Below, one piece after another: positions 1-11,726 of a DNA stretch of 64,000 nt. The notes below the pieces were generated by a model. The model was not told where the DNA came from. It made no database searches and was given only the letters and a program-made list of their open reading frames with translations. The position numbers were made by a program, and so were the translations under genes. The first letter of the stretch is position 1. Every line of letters starts with the position of its first letter. This DNA comes from Selaginella moellendorffii (lineage: Eukaryota; Plantae; Lycopodiophyta): NCBI RefSeq assembly GCF_000143415.4, contig NW_003314268.1, forward strand, positions 1,720,672 to 1,784,671, written 5' to 3'.

Positions 1-873
1 TTTTTGTCTCTAGGTTCTTTTTGGAACTGACTCGCATAGTTGCACTACTGGAGCGTTTGGACAAATTCGCTACTGGAATAGGAAACACTGATGCTGGTTT
101 CATCATGGGAACTGGAAATTTTTTACTAAAGGCAAGTAGGCGCTTTTTGCATCTTTGTTTCTTCTTACAAGCTTCGCTACTGCCTAGGTGCCCGGAACAT
201 TAAGATTTGTTCTTGATGGAGAAATACCGTCATATTTGCTGGCCAAGGATTTGATACTGCAGGGGTTTTTGGATTTTTAGCGAGAGCTGGCTCCCTGTAC
301 TTGAAGTACTTATATGCGCCTTGAGGCACACAGATCATTGGAGAGATCACTGTTTCCGGTGCAACATACAAATCAATGGAGTTTGTTGGGACAGCTGTAG
401 AACGTATGACGGTCAGTATTTGTTTCCCTTGCCTCATCGAGATTGTCCACCTGATTTCGGGATCGGAACTCACGCAGATGGAGGACAGAATGATGCTGCG
501 CAATATGGCGATTAAAATGGCGTTATGCCTGCGGATGAAGTCACCTATAGTTGTCTGAAGGGAAGTTTTAGTTTATTTGTTCGAAGGGCAAAACACACAA
601 GGAGTTCGAATCCGTGTATAGTGACGCTGGTGCGACGTAAGCATTGAATGTTATGCCTTGCGTCATGTTGATACCTTTGCAAGTTTATACAGGAGTATAG
701 AATTGATGTATCCAAGCTTGAACCAATAGTTGCGAAGGTACTGTAATTGTTTTGACCACTTGCAGTCAGTCTCTTTTTGTGTGCAGCCGCATTCTCCGGA
801 TAAACGAGCATTAGCCAGGGACTGCAAAGATGTGAAGATCGACCGAGTGTACATTGGCTCCTGCACGGGAGGC
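1..873 (+). pseudogene. Partial, degraded inverted duplicate of the isopropylmalate isomerase large subunit gene (middle exons and introns); truncated by the window start
   Basis: Near-identical to the reverse complement of ~7925-8842. Lesions: 1-bp insertion (ggacaaattcg vs ggacaattcg), DSHT>DSHS, 13-bp deletion in the EAGGKNG codons (~513), and two GT donors changed to GG (~263, ~562). Homology stops after GSCTGG at ~873. Confidence 0.9.
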
Positions 874-1090
874 ATAGAAGCAATAGTGTAAAGGTATATA
901 ATAGTTTCCAAGGCACATGAAATTTTACAATCTTTTGATTTTTTTATATTTGCAATAGTCTTTAAAATATACAATATTGTTTGTCCCGTGTTCAAATTTG
1001 CAATCTAACATTGGAATGGAAGTTAACAAAAAAACTTTGCCAGCACTATACAAAAAGAGGAAGCCATTGGGGGGTGGAAACTAGGTAGCA

Positions 1091-2642
1091 ATGTTTTGGG
1101 CAGTCACGCTCTTCCTCTTCTCAGCTTTCATTCTCAGGCAATGGCTCTCCAGCATATCTCTCAATCTTCCACCAGGTCCCAGAGGATTACCACTCATCGG
1201 CCACTTCCATCTCCTGGCCATGGGCAAGCTGCCACACATCGCACTCCAGCAGCTCTCCAAGAGATTTGGACCCCTCTTTCACTTGCGCCTGGGATCTGTC
1301 CCTGTGTTCGTGGTCTCCAGTCCAGCGATGGCCAAGGAGTTTCTCAAGATCCACGACACGGAATTCGCCTATAGGCCTCGTAACAACACAGCCTCCATAA
1401 TCTTTGACTTCAGGAGCATGTCTTTCTCGCCGTATGGAGACTACTGGAAGAAGCTGAGGAAGCTCTGTGCCACGGAGCTATTCACGGCCAAGAGGGTGAG
1501 TTTGAACGCGCAGATCATCCGGGACGAGCTGTGGGATCTCAGTCGCGAGCTCTCGAGGGCTTCCAAAGCTGGCCAAGTTGTGGGCGTGAGATCACATTTG
1601 AGGGCGCTGAGCTTCAATGTCATGACTCGTATCCTTATGAAGAAGACTTATTTTGGGTCCAAGGCGTCTGGTGATCCCGCGATTGCGGAAGACGCCTCGA
1701 ATTTCATTGGGATGATTGATGAGTTTCTTGAGGTGGGAGCTGAGTTTTCGATCACTGACTATTTCCCCTACTTAAGCTGGCTCGACTTGGTTGCCCGCCG
1801 CGCAAGGGTGGCTGGGGATAAGATGAATGGCTTCTTGCAAAAGGTTTTGGACGAGCAGCGCCCTGGTGAGGTTCCCGATTTCGTGGAGATCACAATGTCT
1901 CACATTGGAAACGATGCGGCCAATCTCAAAGCTCTGCTCATGGTAAGTTGCAAACCTAGTAGTTTTTATTTAGTTTTTATTTACTTGATTATTTTGATAG
2001 GATCTACTGCTGGGTGGATCTGAAACATCATCAACAGTGATCGAGTGGGCTCTGGCGGAACTTCTTCACCACCCAGATTGGATGATTAAAGCTCAGCAAG
2101 AGATTGAGAACGTTGTCGGACACACACGCATGGTCGAAGAAGCAGACATATCCAAGCTCGAGGTTTTGAATGCCATCATCAAGGAAAGCTTTCGTCTCCA
2201 TCCTCCCGTTTCTTTGCTCATACCACACGCATCGGTCGAGGCTCAGAATGTTGCAGGCTATGACATCCCCAAGAATGCAACGCTTATTGTGAATGTCTAC
2301 GCAATTGGCAGAGACCCTCAAGTTTGGAGTGATCCTCTGGAGTTCCAGCCACAGCGATTCATTGGCAGCAGCATCGGTGTCAATGGCCAAGACTTTGAGC
2401 TGCTTCCATTCGGATCTGGAAAGAGGTCTTGCCCCGGGCTTCTTCTGGGTCTTAGAAACGTCCAGCTCGTTCTTTCCAATCTTCTACATGGATTCGAGTG
2501 GAAATTTCCTGGAAGCCCAAAAGATCAGCCTATGGATGAAGCTACAGCAGTCGTAAACTACATGGCACACACTCTCAAAGCCAGGATCACTCCCAGACTC
2601 AACGAAAGTGCTTACACCACTCTCAAGTTGACTCAGGAATAG
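1091..2642 (+). CDS. Cytochrome P450, CYP71 clan (A-type), ~497 aa, 2 exons (1091-1942, 2001-2642)
   Basis: N-terminal anchor plus PPGP hinge, WxxxR, I-helix GGSETS, ExxR (ESFR), PQRF and heme motif FGSGKRSCPG. One phase-0 GT-AG intron 1943-2000 at the conserved A-type position. Confidence 0.95.
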
Positions 2643-3905
2643 AAAAAATAAAAAATGTCCAGCATGCTTTTTGATCCACAGAGTAAAACTTTACTAGCAT
2701 AGTGTTTACCGTTCATATGTGCCTGCATGGGACCTAATTTACCTCACTCTCATTCTTAATGATCCGGGCAATAGGTAAACAAGGTGAGAAATTAATACAA
2801 AGATGGATAAAACACACAAAGTTTGGAGATTCATGTCTGATTTCTGTTGGTTCCGACACTTGTCCCTTCTTCCTAGTTTTGGTTTACAAGTTTATAAAGA
2901 AACTAGTCAGCAAATGCTAGGTGGCTGGCAAAGGTTATAGTTAATAAAATCCCAGCAAAGCCAACTGTTATATTATCACCACCCAACCATATTAAAAAGT
3001 GGCCATAACTCTTTGTTATGTTTTCTTTCTACACTGGATTCTGTGCAATTGAAAAGAATTTAAAGGAAAAACTCCCACAGCTCAACACCCTCTTCCCTCT
3101 CGTCAGGGCTACTTGATTGTTAATGTCTAGAGTTTCACTATATAAACATGTAACTGTGTTATAGAACTTTGTAACTCCTAGATTCCAGAGATTTATTCTT
3201 TCTTCTTTTAAATTTTAGTTCCTCTCTCAACTAACATAAATGTCAAATATCTATAGCTAGCACACCCCGAGTTCACCTGTAAAGAAGTGGGAAGTTAAAG
3301 CACATTCATTGCAAGAGCTTGGCGATGGGCACTGTTTTTTGGAGGAGAAATATGCACACTGAGCTGTGTGTTATGCATTAGAAAACGATGTCTGCATGAT
3401 CATTAGCAAATGATCGGTGGAAATGCGCTGGGGAAAGGTTACAATCCAAGCTTCTTCTGCTCTTGTAAAGGTGAAAGAACAGAAAAATTAAAAAAATCAA
3501 TGGTTCCAATCATCAAACACGGCCATCCCCTGTTTGTGGGAAAGAATAAACGCTCACCAGTCTCCAGTAAGCTTTAGGTTGCAATCCCACGTCCTAGTGT
3601 GTTCAGGATGCCCAAACGTCTTTGCAAAATAAAAATGTATTTACACTGCTTTCAGTAAAGAACTTGTGTGGGATTGCCACACAATAAACTTAACAGCATT
3701 TGTTCCTCTAGGAATTCATCCCATTTGAAGAAATTACATAAAATGTAGGGAAGAAAAAGGTGGAGAGGACTGGTCTACTGCAGTCTTGCCTTCTGCCTTC
3801 TCTAGGCCATGGCGAGCCTCTGGTTAAATCTGTCCCCAGCTGAGATGGACGTTTGCAAATTCTAGCTCCTTTTGGTTGCAAGATACATCTGGAAAAAAGG
3901 GAGCA

Positions 3906-3925
3906 GGGGGGGGGGGGGGGGGGGG
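3906..3925 (+). repeat. Poly-G tract (G20)
   Basis: Directly visible homopolymer. Confidence 0.95.
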
Positions 3926-4387
3926 TTGGTTTGTTAATACATCTTTTGCATATAAATTATGACCCACTATATAGTAGAAAAACTACATAATTTTACTTAC
4001 TACCTCTCCCATGTTATTTTTCTTGCAAGTCCAAGATCCTTGCCAAGACTCCTTTTCATCATTATCACATTGAACCTCTATTTGGATGTGAGGGGCCTTC
4101 AACTCATGTTGTGGATTCCCCTCCATATCACATAAAGGAGGAACCTCATTTTGATATGGAACCTCCTCATGAGAACCTTCTACTTTGTCACTTTCAACCA
4201 AGGCCCCTCCATTTAGTGTGGAGGAGGAACCTCATCCTCATATAGGGCCTCCTCATGGAACAAGGTTCCTTCTCCACATGAGATGGAAGAGGAGGTGGAG
4301 GTAACTTAGGTTAGAAGTGATGAGATGGATATGATATCAGGTTACCTCCACCACCTTCATCTTACATGGAGAAGAAACCTCCCATCT

Positions 4388-4615
4388 TAGTGTTTGCACC
4401 ACCTCATTGCTTGGAGGCACCACCTCTTTCTCCTCCATCTCCATTATGCATAGTGTTTGCACCACCTCATTGCTTGGAGGCACCACCTCTTTCTCCTCCA
4501 TCTCCATTATGGATAGTGTTTGCACCACCTCATTGCTTGGAGGCACCACCTCTTTCTCCTCCATCTCCATTATGCATAGTGTTTGCACCACCTCATTGCT
4601 TGGAGGCACCACCTC
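4388..4615. repeat. 63-bp minisatellite, ~3.6 copies
   Basis: Unit tagtgtttgcaccacctcattgcttggaggcaccacctctttctcctccatctccattatgca starts at 4388, 4451, 4514 and 4577; nearly identical copies. Confidence 0.97.
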
Positions 4616-5500
4616 CATCTATGCATAGGGTTTACACCCCTTTATTGCTTGGATCTATTTTGGAGACTGCATCCACATCCTTGTTTGGAAGCTTTATTTT
4701 TTCACGTGATGGCTCCTTGTATAGAGATTTATCATAACTGTATTTGTGTTGTGTCTTGAGTTCAGTGTAAACTTGAACTTTTTGGGAAGTCATTATTACT
4801 TAGACTCAAGAACATTTAACTCTCCCAAAACTCTTAACCAATCATTCTCTTTAATTAATTGCATTGGGTAAAGCCATAACAAGAGTCACATAAACTTCTT
4901 GAAGTTGCTAGACAAAGGCAAGAATGACTTGTTGCAAAGAGATTAAAATTTAATATTAAAATTTGAAAATAAAAATCATAAATAATTAATGTCCCACACT
5001 ACAGGATAAATATGCCACTTGGCACATCTTTTGGCACATCTAGATCATTTGGTTTCACTATTGTTGCTTATATCCCCTCGTTTATCTTCATGAGAGCATC
5101 ATCTAGCATGGTTAGATGTTACTCTGTTCTACTATTGTTGTTTGTATCCCCTTTTCCAACTCATGGAAACTAATGGCATTGTTAGTAGTGGAGGAGTTAC
5201 ATTATGCATACTCCATAGATGAATTCTCTTCACCCACCTCAATGTAGTGAGAATGTTTCTCAATGCAACAAAAATGAAAGACAAATTATAAATTAATTAA
5301 AATGTAAAATATTTCACCTATATCATGCTCACGAAAATGTGTCAATATGATTTAATGAGCCAAATCTCCATTTTCCTTCCAAATCTCTATTTTCAAGTGA
5401 GGTAACTAGTTATCCACCCGTACTATAGTCCCACTGTGGTGGATACCCATAAGAGGAAAAATATATATATGGATGCTCAATACGTACAATTTTAAATTTA

Positions 5501-5696
5501 AGGGTAGGAATATATTTTGTTCAAGGGTATATTATATTTTTTAGTAGCCACTAATAAATGGGAATTAGGGTAGGAATATATCTTGTTCAAAGGTATATTA
5601 TATTTTTTAGTAGCCACTAAAAAATGGGAATCGGGTAAGAATATATTTTGTTCAAGGGTATATTATATTTTTTAGTAGCCACTAATAAATGAGAAT
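5501..5696. repeat. 65-66-bp tandem repeat, 3 copies
   Basis: Unit agggtaggaatatattttgttcaagggtatattatattttttagtagccactaataaatgggaatt starts at 5501, 5567 and ~5632. Confidence 0.95.
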
Positions 5697-7300
5697 CTAA
5701 CTCATGTTATTTGCTTTGATGCCACATCTCTCTCCCTTTAATGTAACTAGAAATAAAATAATTGAGCCTTTAGTGACTGTTTTATCCTTATTTATCCATA
5801 AGGTTTCAAGGATCCATGGTGACAATATATATAAATTTCATCCCATGATTACATGTGTTATACACAATATATAAGAATGGTGTTTACAATTGATCTTTGC
5901 CCTTTTACTCTTTGAAACCTATATGCACATGAGAAGTTGTGATGGCTAGATAAAAAAAAAGAACTACCTTGTTGCAACACCCATGGTATACTACAAGAAA
6001 AAACTTGTGCTCTTTACTAGCCTACAATCAATCTTTATTAATGTCAATTGGTCCTCAATCACTAATTTTAGCTCTTACACATTGCAACACCTATGCCCAT
6101 GAGAAAAAACCTTGGTACTAGTGCTGCCCACAATCAATGACACTTACAAAAACCCTAGCCATATTTACTATGTGCTGGAGAGAGAAGCCAAGAGTTTGAG
6201 AGAGAATAAAGTAAGTAGAAAATGGGTGGCAAGCAAGAGACAAGTGCCAAGCAAGAAAATGGCTAGGTATGCCAAAACTAGTGAGAGATATGTGCAGCAA
6301 TGTCAGTTATGCAAGCACACCAATGGCAAATGTCACAAACTTGTACAATAGATGTCACTCTCACTTTAGGAAAGAGTTAAAGAAGCCCTTGTAATTTTTC
6401 ACTTTACCTTTCTTGATGTAGTGGTCTAATGTGGCATTAGTCTTCCCTTCCATGTGTTTAATGCAGGGCATGATGATGTGGCAGAGCCCATCTAAATATA
6501 TATATCACTTACCAATCTCTATAACAATTGAAATACGATGTGAGTATGTTTGCAAACTTTGTAAATAGCAACAATAAAAAATTGTATAAACTCTTCTTCT
6601 AGGCCTTAGCAGTAGAATCACTTTTTAATTAATTAATTAATGCCCTCATTAATATAACCGAGACCTAAATAAAGTGAATGCATTATATTTGCAAAAGTTA
6701 AAAATCACTTTTTAATTAATTAATATAATTGATAATAATAATACTTAATATATTAATAAAGGGTGATTTATCCATGGCTGAGATCTACTATCTTATTTCT
6801 TGAGCAGCCAGGTAAGGTTTTGGGCAAATGAATGGACATTTGATCACCATTGACAGCAGGTGGAAGTAAGGTTTTGAGCAAATTCACCATTGGATAACAG
6901 TGGAAACCAGCCTTCTGTTTCAGAACTGTATTTTTCTTTGCGGTGGGAACTTTGCATACACTGGATAAAATTTGAGGCAATCGAGAGGCAGTTTAGCTAC
7001 CACCATTACTCGAATGTGCTCTGCAATCACCAGTGATATATGCATGTAAGAGAGGAAAAAGTAGTCGCTGCCTGTGCTCCCTTCCTATAGACGCTTAGCA
7101 TTGCAAAATAGCTTGACGTGGTGCATGTGAGCCCCAGCCAAGAGAGCCAGCAGCATCTCTCGGTACAAAAGACAGCACTTTGATCCTGCCCGGGAGCAGA
7201 AAACGCTGCTAGAAGGCAGTTATACATGAGACTTTCGTGTTCTCCCTAGATCACGTACATGCTCATAATAAACTGCTGTGAGGAGCCTTTCAGTCTCTAC

Positions 7301-7324
7301 ATATATATATATATATATATATAT
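7301..7324. repeat. (AT)n microsatellite in the 3' region of the isomerase gene
   Basis: Directly visible. Confidence 0.9.
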
Positions 7325-7356
7325 TTCGTGCTTCCTTTCACATTTTCTGCAAAAAA

Positions 7357-9573
7357 CTACAAGAAGTCGCGGCAGTCCGAGACAAAGCCCGTGAGAGCCG
7401 AGGCCGCGGCAGTGTATGGAGACGCCAGATAAATCTGCGCTTCTTTGTGGCCCATGCGTCCAGGAAAGTTGCGATTCGTGGTTGAAACACACACCTGAAG
7501 GTTCTCTAAGGCAAGAGGACAAAGGGAGAACTTAAACAACATTACCTTGGGCTCATTCATTCGAGCATAGGTGTCTTTGGGACCCCCCAAGCATGCGGCA
7601 CACGAGGGAGAAGCGGGAGTGTCGCATCCAGCCTCCTCGAAGATCTGTGCGCACGTTTTCCCGTCTGCCTCGGGGAGTGGCATTGCGTACAAGTCCACCC
7701 ATACCTGTTGATCCATTAGTTTTGGATGAACTAATAGGGAAACGAAAAAAGAATGAATGAACCTTTTGTGTTGCCGGCACGAGGAACGTTGGAACTTTGA
7801 CTTTTTGGCCCTGCGGAAGTTAAACAAAGAAAGGAAATGTAAGCCGCAGGGAGCTAAAAAAAAAAAGCTCTTTTACTCACGGCTTTGTTGAGGAGCTTGG
7901 CTGCAGCTACAAAGTCCTCCGTCTTGCCTCCCGTGCAGGAGCCAATGTACACTCGGTCGATCTTCACATCTTTGCAGTCCCTGGCTAATACTCGTTTATC
8001 CGGAGAATGCGGCTGCACACAAAAAAATTATAAACAGACCGAGTGCAAGTGGTCAAGACAATTACAGTTACCTTCGCAACAACTGGTTCAAGCTTGGATA
8101 CATCAATTCTATACTCCTGTATAAACCTGCAAAAGTATCAACATGACGCAAGGCATAGCATTCAATGCTTACGTCGCGCCAGCGTCACTATACACGGATT
8201 CAAACTCCTTTTCTGTTTTGCCCTGAAGAATCAAGACAGGTCGTCTCCTCGAACAAATAAACTAAAACTTACCTTCAGATAACTATAGGTGACTTCATCA
8301 GCAGGCACAACGCCATTTTTGCCTCCAGCTTCAATCGCCATATTGCACAACGTCATTCTGTCCTCCATCTGCGTGAGTTCCGATCTCGAAATCAGGTGGA
8401 CAATCTCGATGAGGTAAGGGGAAAAAGAACTGACCGTCATACGTTCTACAGCTGTCCCAACAAACTCCATTGATTTGTATGTTGCACCGGAAACAGTGAT
8501 CTCTCCAATGATCTGTGTGCCTCAACGCGCATATAAGTACTTCAAGTACAGGGAGCCAGCTCTCGCTAAAGATCCAAACACACCTGCAGTATCAAATCCT
8601 TGGCCAGCAAATATGACGGCATTTCTCCATCAAGAACAAATCGCAATGTTCCGGGCACCTAGACAGTAGCGAAGCTTGTAAGAAGAAACAAAGATGCAAA
8701 AAGCGCCTACTTGCCTTTAGTAAAATTTTTCCAGTTCCCATGATGAAACCAGCATCGGTGTTTCCTATTCCAGTAGCGAATTGTCCAAACGCTCCAGCAG
8801 TGCAAGTATGCGAGTCAGTTCCAAAAAGAACCTAGAGACAACAACTGAACCGTCTCTCACGCAATACAAGACATCAAATATCAGACTCACCTCGCCCGGA
8901 CGGCAGTGACCTTCTTGAGCAAGAGCAACGTGGCAAACACCCTTGTAGTCGGGATTCGCCTGCATCAAATCCGGGTTAGAGCGACAGAATCACGTACAAA
9001 CACCGCAAACGTACCCGAAAGTCACTCCTGTCAGTGATATCGTAAAAATACTTGATACTTTGCTCTTTTGAAAAGTCCCGCAAAATATCCACATTTCGAT
9101 TAGCGCGCTCGTCCGCAGTAAAGATGTAGTGATCGGGGATGATCACAATCTTCTCGCGATCCCAAACCTGAGGGCACAGATCTAGAAAAGAGAAAAATGT
9201 GTAGCATACGTACTTTAGCGTTAGCACCGAATTCCTTCTTGAAGATCCCAATGGTCCCAGGCCCGCAAACATCGTGTGTCATGAGAACATCGGCATTGAC
9301 CCACACATTCTCCCCAGGCACCAATTTTGTCTTCTCGGAAGCGCGAGCGAGAATTTTCTCAGTCAGTGTCATTGCGTGCTTCACCTGAGAGAAAATCCAG
9401 GACGAAATCCACAAACTGTAGCTCGAATGCGGGGAAAAACTTACCGCTCCAGTGGAAGCAGGGGCTCGCTGTTGCTGCGGCGGCGCCATCACTGCCGAAA
9501 TGGTGCTGCTGCGCCTGCTCATCGGCCTGGCGTTCACGGAGAAATAGGACGAATGCAGCATCGCGCCTTCCAT
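7357..9573 (-). CDS. IIL1: 3-isopropylmalate dehydratase/isomerase large subunit, plastid (multi-exon, apparently intact)
   Basis: Spliced exons give [67 protein letters not shown] and [12 protein letters not shown] (aconitase-family [4Fe-4S] ligands). Transit-peptide-like exon 1 (9573-9445). One GC-AG intron (8659-8714). Confidence 0.95.
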
Positions 9574-9807
9574 GATCCACAAACCCTAAACCCTATTTCG
9601 AGGCTCTCAAATTTGACGGCTGAGATAGAGTGACACGTGGGGAAGAATATCCCTAGGAAGATTCTATTTTATCTTTAAACTTCGCAGCGCTCTAGAAGGT
9701 TTTATGTTTATGGTCAAAGTCCTCCGGTCATTGTCCTACTTTACACGCACTTTGACCGATCCCGTGACACTCAAAGAAACGTAAAATCGAATCGACTTGA
9801 GAAGAGG
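9574..9807. promoter_or_regulatory. Compact divergent promoter between IIL1 and the RLK, with telo-box and G-box motifs
   Basis: aaaccctaaaccct at ~9581-9594 and cacgtg at ~9634. Function inferred from position only. Confidence 0.45.
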
Positions 9808-10976
9808 ATGATCATCCTGGCACTCGCTGTCGATGCAAACGCTACACAAATCGCTCCTCCACTGAGTGGTTACGATCATGGATTGAACCACCCGCTCCAG
9901 AGACACCTTCTCGTAGGTATTGAACGATCCATTCATCCAAGGGAAATTGATACGTGTTCTTGGCAGGATTTGCGTGCTTCCTGGCGGTTTTCACCTTGAC
10001 AATGATCATCATCTACGCCAGGAAAGAGCTCCACCGGCAGTGTAGCAAAACGCAGCTCGAATTGGGCCAGTCGGCGCGCAAATCCCTCTCCCAAGTCCGC
10101 CAATTCTCCTTCCAGGAGATGGAGCTCGCCACGAACGGATTCTCCGAGAATCGCCGGCTGGGCGATGGTGGATTTGGCACAGTCTACGCAGGAACCCTTG
10201 GCGGTGGAGGCGACGTCGTCGCGGTGAAGCTCCTCCACCGATCGCCCCAGCAAGCATCGCCCCAGTTCATGGCGGAGATCGACATCCTCTCGCGATTCAA
10301 GCACCCAAATCTCGTCCAGCTCCTGGGCTGCTCTACCGACGGCCAATCCCTCCTCCTCGTCTACGAATTCGTGGGCAATGGCACCCTCGCCGATCACCTC
10401 CACACCAAGAAATCGCGATTGCCGTGGCTCACACGGCTCGCCATCGCCATCGACATCGCCCAGGTCCTGGCATACCTCCACTCCTACTCGATCCTCCACC
10501 GCGACGTCAAATCCACAAACGTCCTCCTGGACGAGGGCTTCCACGCCAAGCTGGGCGACTTCGGGCTCTCCAAAGCGGCCGCCGCCGCCGCCGCGGTTGA
10601 AGGCCACGTGTCAATCGGGGCGCAAGGCACGGCGGGATACCTGGACCCCGAGTACCACCAGTGCTACGCGCTCACGGACAAGAGCGACGTCTACAGCTTT
10701 GGCGTGCTGCTCATGGAGCTCATCACCGCCAAGCCGGCGGTGGATTTCTCGCGCGAGCGCGTCAATCTCGCGCCCTACGCCGTGGGGATGCTCCAGGCCG
10801 GCGCGTTCGAGCAGATTATCGATCCCCACCTGGAGGCCGCCAGGAATTGCATGGTGAGGGCGATGGCGCTGCGCGTTGCCGAGATCGCATTCCAGTGCCT
10901 GGCCGCGAATCCCGAGGATCGGCCGCGGATGGGGGAAGTGGCTGCCGCCCTAATCCATGTCGCGGAAGAACCCTAA
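9808..10976 (+). CDS. Receptor-like kinase (LRK10L/WAK-like kinase domain) with a very short extracellular part; exons 9808-9916 and 9967-10976
   Basis: TM segment followed by GDGGFGTVY, VAVK, HRDVKSTN, DFG, GTAGYLDPEY and DVYSFG. A phase-1 50-bp GT-AG intron joins the short first exon in frame; exon 1 is less certain. Confidence 0.85.
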
Positions 10977-11726
10977 TTTCCGATCCCAAGAATCCTTTTT
11001 ATTCGTTAAAAATGCGATGTTTGATCGGAGCTGGATAGCTTTCTTTTTGTCCTGTTGCTTATACACGTGTGACCATTTTGCGGCTGGGATTGCGGTTGGA
11101 ATGTAGCCCTCGGGAGCATATCCGGTAGAATATGCTCGCGAGAGAATGTAGTACATGGCAAGTTTTAGGGCTCTTGGGCCCCCCGGTGAGATGATTGATC
11201 TGGGCGGGGAGGAATTTCTCTGGGCTGGTGTGGAGGCCATGTCGCTCCTTAAATGAGAAACCGCCAGTTGTGAGAACGAGTGTGGAATGAGGCGGGGCCC
11301 CTACGACTGCGTGAGAGATTTCCATTGTTCCTGTAAGGGGTAGTGAAGATTCCAAAGGTTTTCGATGGAGGAATAAATTTCCTGCCCAAGAATTTTTCTC
11401 ATCCTCGCGAGCTGGACGAATGCTGCTATACTGCTGCTGCTGCGAAAGTGTGAGATCGAGATGGCGGATCTTTTCCAGTAAATGGGGGGATGAAGCCGTG
11501 GCGATTTGGCTGCCTGGATCGAGCTGGCTAGGGTAGAATCGCGGGGATTAATCTCGCGGTGGAGTCCCAAGGATATATAGCCTCGATCGACATCGCAGTA
11601 GGCAGTAGAAAGCGCCAATCGATCCTTTCTTCGTCGTCGAAGACTTTCTTCCAGCGCTTCTTTCTCTGCACGAACTCTTTCTTTTCTTTGATCTTTCTAC
11701 CTCATTCAAATCTTTCCTCTTCGGCC

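Larger units (their letters stand above)
3900..6760. mobile_element. Decayed repeat/transposon-like island, family not identifiable
   Basis: AT-rich, almost no CpG, several tandem repeats and a broken Pro/Glu-rich reading frame. No recognisable transposase or RT motif, LTR or TIR. Confidence 0.4.

Noticed and set aside
1044-1057. cactatacaaaaag resembling a CACTA terminal inverted repeat (also tactacaagaaaa near 5989)
   Set aside because: No matching inverted terminus, target-site duplication or transposase remnant found.
3290-3900. Exon/intron-like signals on the minus strand downstream of the P450
   Set aside because: The candidate intron is too short (~28 nt), frames close quickly, and no product can be assigned.
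4388-5696. Tandem repeats as a CRISPR-like array
   Set aside because: Units are contiguous without unique spacers, there are no cas genes, and the context is eukaryotic.
6112-7227. Short ORFs between the repeat island and IIL1
   Set aside because: No recognisable domain or consistent exon chain.
10980-11720. Short ORFs or a possible miRNA hairpin upstream of the OVATE gene
   Set aside because: No known mature miRNA or long stem recognised by eye; ORFs lack motifs.
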